A stretch of 64,000 nucleotides of DNA from Ascidiella aspersa (taxonomy: Eukaryota): positions 7,564,001 through 7,628,000 of the forward strand of contig OZ004610.1 in NCBI GenBank assembly GCA_963924565.1, given 5' to 3'. The notes under the pieces are model-generated. The model was not told the DNA's origin. It was given only the letters and a program-made list of their open reading frames with translations, and made no database searches. The position numbers and the translations under genes are program-made. Of the stretch, positions 46,866 through 58,597 are shown one piece after another; within the stretch, counting starts at the first letter, position 1, and each line of letters starts with the position of its first letter.

Positions 46866-48691
46866 AACTTTTGCAAATGATACCCCTTCCAAAGAGCTTG
46901 AATTAGTTTAACAAAATGCTTTTCAATGTTGAGCCCGTCATTTTTTGCCGAACGTTTCTAATCTGCAAAACGCGCGAAGTTCCCATCAATCGTCTACTTT
47001 TATCTTATATTTATTTCTGCTGCTTTCAGTGGTATGCTGTAATATTTTTTGTGGTATACAGTTGCACTTTAAGATGACACAATTTTAGATAAATGTATTT
47101 TCAGAATATTCGCACAAGTTTTATCGCCAATTTTTTGCTGTGCAATTTCGCCACGTCATCTCATCTCGCAACATATCGCACTATTTAGGAATAAACTTGA
47201 ACCTGCAAAATGCATATACATGCTACAATGGGACCAACCAATTTGGAAATCGCACTGACCAGCGATAACGGCTAAAATCATTGTAACACCACATCAGAAA
47301 TTAGGCGAAAGGCAACATCACCGTGATTTATAACAGCGCTTTATACTGGTGCGCCTCGGTCAACTGGAAAAAAATATCGTACAATTTAAAACACGTGTTT
47401 TTTGTTATGTTTTACTTTCTCTTTTGTCTTAAAAAGCAACTATGAGGCTTGCAAAATACCAACTTTAAAGAAAAATACCGGTATAAAGAAATACCGGTCT
47501 TAAAGAACACTGGTCTATAACACGTTTTGGCTTTATGGTTTTACCGGACGTTTTGTTCACATATATTGAAGAGCGTAAGTAACGCGCGTCCTAAATGAGC
47601 GGCCCGGCAAGACTGTAACAAATAGATAAAAATCGCTCTTCGGGTGTAAAAAAAAGTTGTAGGCCGACGTTTAAAGGTCAAAATACATAATCGGGCAATT
47701 CGGCGTTTATCAGCTTGTCTCACATACAGTTTTAAGCAGATTGCCGGGAACAAGTCCATTTTTGTTTATGGTGTTATGGGATTGGTTGATCGTTTAATGA
47801 ACCATCTTTCGTGATAGTCTCAGGTTTAAAAAATAACAATTAGCCCAAACAACGCCGGGTAAAAGTTCAACCACATGCTCTGCTAAATCCGACTTAGATC
47901 TTTGTGAGGACATCACACTGAGTTTCAGCTTCCTAGTCCAACGAAAGTGTTTAGTTTCCCCTTACAGGTTCCAAATGGGATTTCATTAACCATTTCTTGA
48001 TGTTTCTCCGCTTGAAGTTACGGTAGTTGTTTTGGTTTGAGTATCAGCTGCACAAGTAAACATCGAGGCTGCCCGAAACTCGATTCAATTTTTCACCTAG
48101 ACCTATAATGTAAGATTGTAAGGAATCATAGCCAGACCTTTCGATTCTCGTTTACCCTTTTACATTTTTTGTGTTGTTTTGGTTGTTTAAACTTTAGATA
48201 ACCAATCAGTGTATTCGATTTTCTCATGGCCTTTCTAATATGTTAAATTTTTTTCGATCGGTCAACGTTGCTATTGCAGATTTTCAAAGCTCGTTGGATC
48301 GGATCGGCACCGATATCTCAAAGTTAAGACTAGAACCGATATTACTACTTTTGCTATTGGTTACGAATCGAAGATATCGGACATGTGGGGGCAATATTTG
48401 TATTAAAACTTACAGAAGAATTATTTGTTTTGAGCTGCATTGCAAAATGATTGCACATCACTTCTGTGACGTAATAAGTGTGACGCAAAAAGTGTATAAC
48501 ACGTAACGTGACGTAACATGCTCGTCTACCGTTGGCCTGGCTTAAACATGAAACAAAATCTTTCAAAAGTCATCAAATCCTATTTTCTTGCCAACAAATT
48601 TGCATAAAAGAACGTAGTGTGACGTAACAGATACCGAAACCTTTGTTGGTAAACTGTGTTCAATTTTGCCAAAAAATTACGAAAAATTAAA

Positions 48692-51600
48692 ATGGAGGAC
48701 GTTAAGTTGACTCACCGTTGGGCGAATTATTGTGGCGAGATCAACGATGGCCGCATGGAAGGAAAGGGAACCTATTGGTTTGACACCGAGACGAAATATG
48801 AGGGAGAGTTTAAAGACGGAATGTTTCACGGCAAAGGTCAGAAAACGTTTTCCAAGAAGTTTATTTGATATTTTTAATCCGCACAAAGAGTGTTCCGTTA
48901 GCATGGTTTATGTAATCTTTTCTATGACAATTATTACACGGATTTATTTCATTCGTCATTACGTTTTTTTTTTGTATTCAATCACAAATGATGCATTTCA
49001 ACATTTTTATAGCCTACCATTTTTAACAATGATCCAATTGGTGAAATTTACGTCATTATAGAGTAGACAGACATAAATAACAAAGGCTTATCATAGCAAA
49101 AGGAGTGTGTGTTAGGATGAAAGGCGACTGAGGCACAAATGACGTATTACAAAATTTCACTTTTTCTAAGGTCCTGAAAATTATACTTGCTTACGATAGC
49201 GGACATTGGGGGCTTTTTAAAGATGATGAAAGTTCGATTGAACGTTATAACGTAGATTGGTTTTAAATAATAAGAAGAGTTGACAAAGTTACACCTGGGT
49301 TATTGTATCAGATCAAAATGACTGCCTTGATAAGGTGTCGTTTTTTGCGTTTATTCTACAAATTTTTGAAGGTACCGGTACACTTAAAAAAGCAAGTCCT
49401 GCGTCAAACTGGTTGAGGGGCACTGTAAATAAATAATTGGCGAGCAACATTTTTGTAAAACGGCCAATGGGACACAGCCGAAGCCTACATAGGTTTTCAT
49501 TATTTTTATATTATATCTATTTTATATTTAGCAATATTTTTTTACTTATTTAAACATGACTTTCAGATTGTACTGTTAACACATTGTGTTCAAATTCAGA
49601 GCTTTGGCACAACCGTGCTTCATCAGGTTCAAGTAGAAATACCCCTAAAAATAACGAAAATAAGCATCCAAAGGGCACCAGTGCATAAAGCCTCACTTTC
49701 TAACAACGGATCCCTCCCCCACAAACAAGATTTTATTTTATTATATGTGTGACACGCAGTGGTTCTAACTTTTTCAGCTTGCTGCACACTAAGAACAAAA
49801 AATGCGACAATCTTTCCAAAAAAAAAACACAATAACATTACAACTTAAGATGCACCCTAAATAAACGGCAAGCCAATAGGTATATCCCATTATAATGCCA
49901 TCTACAATATCACGGTTAGTATCTATCCAAGTCTTACATGCTTGGCTGTATGCCAAATCGTTATACGTTTTCCAAACTTTAAAACATGGCGTGCACTTAA
50001 GTATCCCGAGGCACACAGTTCTACAATCACTGCTTTAACTAATGCACCTCTTGTGCCTGTTACGTTATAGGCACACTCTATTTCCAAGACGGTGGCCAAT
50101 ACGTTACCATCTGGTCGAACGGACGAGATCTAGGGGGGACATTTCGTTTTAAGGATGGCCTTGAATTCGACGGTAATGACGATACCCTGTCGGGCTGGGA
50201 TTACGCCAATCGCATCATGGACAGAAGGTTTTACCAGGTTTGCTGGAAGTACTTTTGTTTTATTATAGCTTGGTTGTGGTCCGGGGCCCACTAGACCCAG
50301 CCATAGTTCGCTAAATAGCTCTTAGGACCTATAAAGAAGTGGTGAAGTTAAGGCGAAAGGGTCCGGAACGGCGCACCGGTAGAATAATTTTCACAGGTAA
50401 TCGGTAAAAATATGTTTTTTACCAGGCTATCCCGCCATCTCTTTCAATGTATTCAAACATTGATTTCGGTTGTTTTTAGGGAATCCTGGTTTAAGGCACT
50501 TAACGCCATCGGCGCATTTGCCTTTCCGCAGGACTGGATGTATGCATTAGGGATGTCCGATAATATCGGATCGGTGCCGATATCAAAATAATATATACAT
50601 GAATTTCACCCCTGATTTGAGATCCATCGCTGCGGTTCTACTTTCAAAGGTTAATTTATTGAACAAGCAATAGCCTATTGGGATACCAAAACTTTGGGAT
50701 ACCTGGCAAATTTTGACCTAAAAATCTGAAAACAAATTTACGTCGGACGTTTCGTAGCGACCTATTTAGCATTTTTTCGATCACGTAATGACGTCATTTG
50801 GTATCGGATCAGATCGCGTTACTTTTATCGAATCGGATTACGATACTGTGTCAGGTATCGGCCATCCCTAATATGCATATGGGCTAAAAATGCCTCACTA
50901 CAGACGGGAAAATTTTGTTTTCAAATTAAAAGGGTTCCACATTTTAGATTTTAGTCCAAGTTGAATTTTAAACACATAACAATAACTAGTACACCGAAAA
51001 GCCATTGCAGACTCACCGAATCTGTCGATCAATGATGCAAGCACAGCAGACTAGAAAAACAACTAGCCTGCAGTGAGGTTCGAACTCACGACCTCCGGTC
51101 AAGCCGGGACCGTCGCTCTACCAACTGAGCTATGCAGGCTCAGAAGGGAACGAGTCGAGAAACAACCATACGCCAATGCTTGCTCAATCTGCTGGTACAG
51201 GCAACTTCATAATGAAGGGGATCGCCAGTATCATATCATTATACAATGAAACATATGTACACACATATATGTGTGCTTACAACTGAGATCTAGCCCTTCT
51301 GAAGCTGCTTTTTGACGAACGATAACGGCTTACGTATTATTAGTACACCGAAAAGCCATTGCAACAATAACTAGCCACGCTTTTAACCTGTGTGAATATT
51401 CCGCGGTCAACCTAAATACATTTTTTGCAAATGAGCTAAAACAGCAAAGCATGGTTGGTGGGGTAATGGAGGTAACCACTAGCGCAAGGGTTTGGTCCTC
51501 TGAAAAATTCTGAAGCAAACGTCTCAACCGAATAACGCAACGCGCAGGAACGAATCGAAGGTTTGCGGCCTGTAGACCGTTGCATGTTGGCACCCCAGAG

Positions 51601-52925
51601 CAAGGAAAGCGGTCAGCCTTTCCACTTTATACCGAAGGGATGCTACGACACGGGAGACGGTTACTACAACCCGGCCAGCAAAATGGTACTCGGCTATCAA
51701 GAGCTTCCCGAAACAGGTAAGCTTACTGAATACATATATACGAGGGCTCGAATCGCAAAAATAACATATTGGCCTGCTACGTTTGTCTCGTTTTAAAAGT
51801 TGGATCGAGAATCACGATACAATAGCAGTGTTGTAAACAAGTCATTTTGAAATAACTTAAGTTCCAGTCAAGTCATTCGTAAAATAACTCAAGTCCAAGT
51901 TAAGTCTTTTTGAATAAACAACAAGTCAAGCCCCAGTCCAAGTAATCGGTTGCCCAAGTCAAGTCTCAGTCAAGTCATAATTCATTTAAAAATAATGACT
52001 TAAGTGCACTTAAGTCAAGTTATTGACTTAATTCATTACAACACTGTACAATAGTATACACAGAATGGTATATGTAGGATTTCCTTGGTTGGGCAAAACA
52101 CAGTGTTGTAAACAAGTCTATTTACAATGACTTAAGTCCCAGTCGAGTTATTTAAAAAGTAACTTAAGTCCAAGTCAAGTCTTTTGCCAGAAGACTTAAG
52201 CCAAGTTAAGTCATTTTGGTCGAAAGACTTCAAGTCAAGTGACCTGTACTACTTCGAAACTGGTGGTTGTCTCTCGGTAATTTTACCAAAGGAGTATGTG
52301 GTATTCTTGCTGGTTGAAAAAATGCTTTATGGAATGCTTTCTGTTCTTAATTGACTTGACTTGAGTCGTTAACACAAATGTCCTGACTTGTCATTCAGTG
52401 AAATAACTTAAAATAAGTGTTTTCATTAAATAATTTTTAAGAAAATTGGCTTTCCAATTTTTGCATGTAAAACAATTCGCTTGCTATCTATTGCGTTTTT
52501 GCTATTTTTTGACATGTGTATGAATGGGATCGCGGGCCGCGTATTAGAGGCTTCTGTCTGAGTTACTTAACTTGGACTTCAGTTATCTTACAAATAACGT
52601 CACTGGGACTTAAATCCTTTCTAAATAATTTGTTTACAACACTGCTAAAATCAGTGGACCTAACCAAGGCAGGGAAATATGGTTTAATTCATTTTTTTCA
52701 CGAAAAAGGCGTTGCTGACTGATTGATTCATTTGTTACAGAGGCGAACTGCTTCATCCGCAACGTCACCGATGACCAGCATGACTGGATCGTGGCGCACT
52801 GCCGCAATGGCGACGACCAGTTCGTCGGCTGCCAGCGTCGCGTTGACTACAGTGACGTAATAAAGACCAGTAAACGGGCGGGAGCGGCGGCGATGCAGAA
52901 ACAGGGAAAGTCCGGGAGGAAGTAG
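48692..52925 (+). CDS. MORN5: MORN repeat-containing protein 5 homolog, 4 exons (48692-48836, 50071-50237, 51548-51716, 52741-52925)
   Basis: [41 protein letters not shown]...DRRFYQERIEGLRP...IPKGCYDTGDGYYNP...FIRNVTDDQHDWIVAHCR follows the MORN5 motif order; GT-AG introns with consistent phases. Confidence 0.9.
50548..50870. mobile_element. GATAC/GTATC-rich MITE family (other copies e.g. ~4671-4973, ~34126-34400, 57692-57938)
   Basis: TAGGGATG...CATCCCTA termini; TSD GTATGCAT/ATATGCAT. Confidence 0.75.
50990..51362 (-). mobile_element. tRNA-derived non-autonomous retroelement in MORN5 intron 2
   Basis: 12-bp TSD AACAATAACTAG (50978-50989, 51363-51374); 23-bp terminal direct repeat TAGTACACCGAAAAGCCATTGCA (50987-51009, 51341-51363); internal tRNA-like segment. 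Confidence 0.7.
51065..51139 (-). other. tRNA-like (pseudo-tRNA) head with intact A and B boxes, inside a repeat
   Basis: GCCTGCA TA GCTC AGTTGGTA GAGC ... GGTCGTGAGTTCGAACCTCAC TGCAGGC; anticodon arm non-canonical (loop CCGGCTT, no U33). Confidence 0.75.
51826..52046. mobile_element. GACTT-rich MITE (other copies ~9764-10402, 24013, ~24954, ~31538, 52101-52644)
   Basis: TIR CAGTGTTGTAA; TSD TACAATAG; internal AAGTC/GACTT repeats. Confidence 0.85.
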
Positions 52926-53702
52926 CTGGTTCGCTTTTGGTGATTTTGATTTTGTTCGTGGTGGAAAAGTGTGGATTTTTTTTGTTTTTTTGAATACAAT
53001 GTGGCAATTTCCTATTGCGATCGTGTGCTTATCAAATAACAGGAGTCAATACTTGTTTCTGTTGTAATGACTTCCGTAAATGACTTACTGGAGCAGGTTA
53101 AATCACGGGCGGATCAAGAAGTGTTATTTTGAGGAGGGGTATAGAAAATGTTTCCTACTCGGGAAAGCGAAAAACTCCTTTAGTTTACATCGTTTATGTT
53201 AGTAAAACTTTCAGTTTTAGTTTTGGGCTAAATCAATTTTTTTTTAAATGAGCTAAGATATCAGGCAAAAAGTTGCACTTACTAATTAAAATTCGCCTAA
53301 AATAAGATAGTGACTTAATTACAAAACTGATAAAAGTTTTAATTGCATAGAGAACTCATTGGGCTTATACAAAATTAATATTGAACTGTGATATAAAGCA
53401 CACCAATCGGTTATTTAAATTTTGTGCTGTTTTATCACCAATTTAGCAGATTATAGTGAATGGTTTTTACTTGGTTATCAAGTAAAATCAAAAATAAAAA
53501 TTCAACAAAAAGAGTAGGACCACATTCCACTATGTTCCATGTTTGCTAATCCTGTTTAAAAGGGTGTGTCCAATGCAACCGATGTCTTTTAAAGTGGGAT
53601 ATAGCCCACCTCGCACCAATTAACATATGCCAAGCCAACAACGATTTTTTTCTAAAGGGCTTTCGAACTTAGTAGAAAAGCAGCTAAACCCTTGGTATAC
53701 AC

Positions 53703-54034
53703 CAGTGCTCGGCAACCATTTGTTACTTGGGACAAGCGAAAAAACAAAATCGGCGACACACTCAACAAATAACTCTATATAGACATATGAACCACCGAAT
53801 GTTGAATAAACCGAAGGCGCAAAAAAATTGCTATTAGGCCTACATTTCTACATCTTTGAATTTTTCTGTGTTAAGGTCCTTCTGAAATACCTTATACCGG
53901 TCAAATTCGGCGTTATTACCTTTCCCTGCGATAGGCAGAGAACATTGTGAGTTCCGCTTAATTATTAAAAAAGTACCTTTAAAAATGGAATAAAACTTTC
54001 GGGGACACCGCGGCACACCAGTTGCGGAGCACTG
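53703..54034. mobile_element. hAT-type MITE
   Basis: CAGTGCTCGGCAAC...GTTGCGGAGCACTG; imperfect TSD GTATACAC/ATATAGAC. Confidence 0.7.
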
Positions 54035-57000
54035 ATATAGACCGTTAGGTATCTTTAGATCACCAGTTTAAAAAGCACAATTTACAGTGCACTTTATTTT
54101 ACCAGACTTCAGACAAAAATCAAAAGTAATGCAAAGCATTATTCATAAATGAGCTGAAATCAGTGCAATACCAAACTACAAGAAACGTTTCTTTAACAGG
54201 GTTTGCCAATTAAAAAGTGTTTCAAAGGTCTGGTTTAAACAATAGAAAGAAGGTGCAGGTCTATCGCAAGATAGAGGCCCAGTGTTTCTTGTGCAGCATT
54301 GTCCAAACACCTCCGCTAAGATTCGATTTTAAACGATTGGGATGACGCACTTCCTTGCTTGCGTTTCTCGGTCATTTTTTTAAGTCCGATTAGCTTACCA
54401 AAACCTTTAAGATGGTGTATAACGATGCTGTTCAATTTTTCGGGTGTACAACTCTGGATGCCAACTAAATGGTTTTCTTGAGTTGCTGATATTTGTTGGT
54501 CTTTCTATATTTTCCCAGGGCTATATTTCATAAGGGCAAAGGTCAAACTCTGAAAAGTCAACGTTTTACATTGAATTGCGATTTTTTTTTATTACCGCGG
54601 GTTTTTTTTAATTTATTATCGGAACAATTTGGCCGGTCGTATCCTTGCGCTATTTTAATTAATATATGACCTTTTAGGGATAATAAACAAACTAGGAAAG
54701 ATGTAGAGAAACTAGTCAATTCCCCCTTGCTTTTCAACGAGACAAACATAATTAAATAAAGCTTCGTCAAAGCGATCCTTTGTGAGAATGGTTTGTAGCT
54801 GGCAGCGCTTTTCAACTGGATAGCCTCCAAGACATTTTAGGTGGACCATCTACCCTTTTTTACAAAAGTTTTTGGATTTTGACCGGGGGTAAATAAAGCT
54901 AAATCATACTGTTTGAATAGGCAATTTTATTTATTTTTTTATAGGACGTCATATGATGTTTTTTTACGAAGGCATGTATACCAGAGTTGATTTGGTGAAA
55001 CTGTGAAAGCACTCAATAGCATCTGTACTTCGTGTTATCTTGGAGACAACAAACCTTATTGTGGTCCACCACATCAATATTAGCAAATAGGGTCGGCTAT
55101 TCGTAAAAAAATGTTAAAAATATGCCGGGGAAAGAGCAACGTTGAATGGCACCGTTGATTAAACTTCACTGATTAAAAGTGATTGACATCGGGACTAATT
55201 GGCAGGGTAATGTTGTGGACACGAGGCCATTGCCGCCCAAACTAGGCCAAACAAAAAAACAAGTACGCAGTTAGTTATTGAAAACATAAAAAAAAAACGT
55301 TTTTAAAACAATTGCTGTTGAGTTACAATGGTCAAATGCCTACATATTTGTAAGCATCCATTCGTAAAAATACCAAAAAATGTACTTAATCGTTAGGCGC
55401 TACCAGATGGAGTTTTCCGTCTAGTTCCCACTGACAGCCTTACATCAAGTCGTAGGTGCTATTTCAATTAAAAATTCGAGGCGGCTGCATACAGGCGTTA
55501 ACCATTTGAGCGTTGGTGGGAGGCAGTTAATGCGTTTAACCTAGTTTCTGACTTTCAGCTAAAAGTAGTGAACAATCGACAAACCCTATTTCTGTGATGA
55601 AAAAATAAAGGTTAAGAATGTGGGATAAGTACGGGGCAGGACTGGACGAGTTAAAGTCTCTATCTTTCCGAATTTTGCGGCTAAACAGCAGTGCGAAAGG
55701 GTGGCGCTCGACGTAAAGCGACGAGACCCTTTTAATAATTTACGATGCGGTAGCTCGGTGCAGGCGCGGGCGTACTTTGGCAGACTCAATTGTTATCGCA
55801 TTGCTTTTCCACTGCTGCACGCCGATCGATTTGGGCCGCGGCTTTACCTGGGAGGTACTTGAATTAGCACGAAGGCTGGCGGGGCTTGGCCGGTTGTGGC
55901 TGCAGCTAGACGCAAAATCGACCCGACATCGTGATTTGAGAGATTAATCATGGATATCCGACGACCAACGCGTAGAGTCTTCTTGTAATCCGGTCTATCA
56001 TGGCGTATATAGGGATTTGTAGCTTGCACAAAAAGTACCACGTTGATAAGAAGGGCACGTCAAGTGCGATAACCTTTAACTTTTAAATCTGATTTTTTTC
56101 GCTGCGGTTCCGCCCGCTTGACTGCTGACAACGTTATGGCTCAAAGGCGGCTGGGTTCAAGTTTTTCCTACTTTTATATGTTTTTCCTCCTTTCAAATGC
56201 ATTTTCCACATATTTTGTAAGATATTCCACACTTTATAGGTTTAACCTGAGAGTGTGGATTAATTCGCCGTATATAGAAACTCTGAATGATAACAATTGA
56301 CTTTTATAAGTGATGCTTTGATTTACTTCTCAGTCACATTAACAGCAGCTGATACCGGCTGGTATCGACACGTCTTAATCAAGATGATGTCGATCTACTC
56401 GACCATTTTGGCTTGGCAATTCATTGTCAAGTTTAGTTTTAACTTTTCCAAGACTAGTTCACAAGCTTCATCTAAACGAACAAACTCACAGAATGTAAAA
56501 AAAAATGTGCGTGGAAGTTTTAGGCGTTCTATTATATAGTCTGCCAAACGGCATAGACCCAGACGTACACAGCATACCATGCCAAATCCCAACGACAAAC
56601 TCTTTATATCGTTCAAACATACAGGGACAATATGATAACAGCAACTTGAGCATTAAACTGAATTTTTGCCTTGAAAAAACAATTGAGTCGAAATTTATCC
56701 CGATTGCTCAACCAGAGCATCATTTTGATCCTAAAATCGTGCGTCAAAAACAACACACTTCCTCGACCTTAAAAATTTAGCGAAACTGTCACCGCGTTTC
56801 GAAATCAATAATATAGGTTGGCCCTTTATTGCTTTCTGTTCGAAGACGCGCTGCACCTAGCTCGCGTTACGGATACGGGAGTTACAAAATTTGTTCCCTA
56901 AAAACGGACGTTACTGCAGATAAAGCACGCCGAACCACGTTATACATGATTGTACGTTACATTTTACGTACATTTGGGAAAACCTTATCCTACGGACAGT

Positions 57001-58173
57001 TCCATGACCATGAGCTGGTATATCCGTAACCAATTCAGTGGAAATTTGGTTACAAATAATTCCTAAAATCTAAGTATGATAAAAGGCTGAAAGTGAAGTA
57101 ATAGTTTTGGACGATTGCAGCACTAACTCCTATTGCAAAACGGAACACGAAATAAGTGATTTGCCACACGTCAATTAAAACACAAGCTACTGCGGGTTTT
57201 TGTATAGCAATCAGGGCCAGTAGTACCGGTGGCAGCTTGATATAGGCCGCACCAACTGGGAGCAGAGAGTAATGATTGGCGGGCGCTGGAGGAATGGTGA
57301 AGAGCAGTAGGGGGAGAAAAGCGCATTACGACGGCCAGCAAGACAAATCGATCGGGGCGACAGGCGGCAATCGATGGCCACTGCGGCTCTAAGTGGGCAG
57401 CGTTGGCGAGCGAGTAACCAGGCGATTTACTGTGGAAGCAGTAAGGGTCGGTACGTTCCTGTGTCCATAGAACTTTTTGCTCAAACGGAGACTTTTTTGG
57501 GAGGGGGGGTCCTGCGGACTTTTTCGTTTCGATCAATTTCCCAAGGCAAATTTTATCGGACTGGAGGTGGCACAACGAGTTTTAAGGGGAGTTAAAGTGC
57601 ACCGATATAATGTGAATTAAACTAGTACTTTTTGTGCACCTTATATGCAGATGTAATGAACAAAACCCCAAAAATGTACGTTGCTTACAAATAGGGATGT
57701 CGGATAATATCGGATCGGAGCGTTTGCATGAGTACTTGTCCCATACTAGGACGGTATCGGTGCCGATCCGACATCAAATTGTCATGAGAATTCAGCGATT
57801 ATTTACGAACCTAATAAAAATAAACTTTGGACGTTAAATTTCTTCTTATAACATGATTGAGCATTAAGTATCGGATAGCGATATTTTTTGTCCAACATAT
57901 CGGGCATCGGAATTAAATGTCAAGTATCGACAACCCTACTAACATATCCAGGTCGAAGTAGACACCAAGATTATTCTGGTTTCAGTGTCATTCACCTCGA
58001 CGAAGGCGGCTTGTATAGGTTGCCGAAACGTTGGTTAACAATTACAATTACCAGAGGAGCTGTTTTTCATTTATATTATTTTTGTTTGTTGCGATTTGGG
58101 CGACTGGGAAGTATTTCCAAGCTAAGTAGCTATTTTTTGGACAAACCGAAGGTGCGACTTTAATGGCCTAAAC

Positions 58174-58597
58174 CCGTGGTCGGCAAACGCCGGTCCGCGA
58201 GGAGTTGGTTACCGGTCCGTAGCAGGGTTGTAAGATTAAAATTTTGTTGAAAAACGAACTTAAATATCCTTATTTTGAGAAGCTGGTAAGAATATAGGAA
58301 TTGGTAAATATGTTATACCAGTGTAATTTAAGAAAAAAACGTAAAGGCCTAAAAGTTTTATTGAAATGAGCCGCGGGCTGGGTTAAACTAATTTGTTTGG
58401 CTGGCCGGATGCCGCTCGCGGGAAGTTCAATAATTCTTAGATGGGAGCATCTCTTTGCGGCAAAACAAGCATTAAGTTGGCATTGAAAGTTGTAATAAGT
58501 TTCCTTTCCAGAACATGTATTGTTTTTTCAAGGCCGGTCCGCGACAAAATTTTAGTTTTAAACCGGTCCGCAGTGCAAAAAAGGTTGCCGACACCTG
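58174..58597. mobile_element. hAT-type MITE
   Basis: CCGTGGTCGGCAA...TTGCCGACACCTG; TSD GCCTAAAC. Confidence 0.8.

Noticed and set aside
51065-51139. Functional tRNA gene (nominal anticodon GGC)
   Set aside because: The anticodon arm is shifted and lacks U33, and the sequence lies within a TSD-flanked repeat
57171-57595. GC-rich segment with 134-aa and 73-aa ORFs
   Set aside because: No domain similarity or splice support; it looks like a repeat fragment
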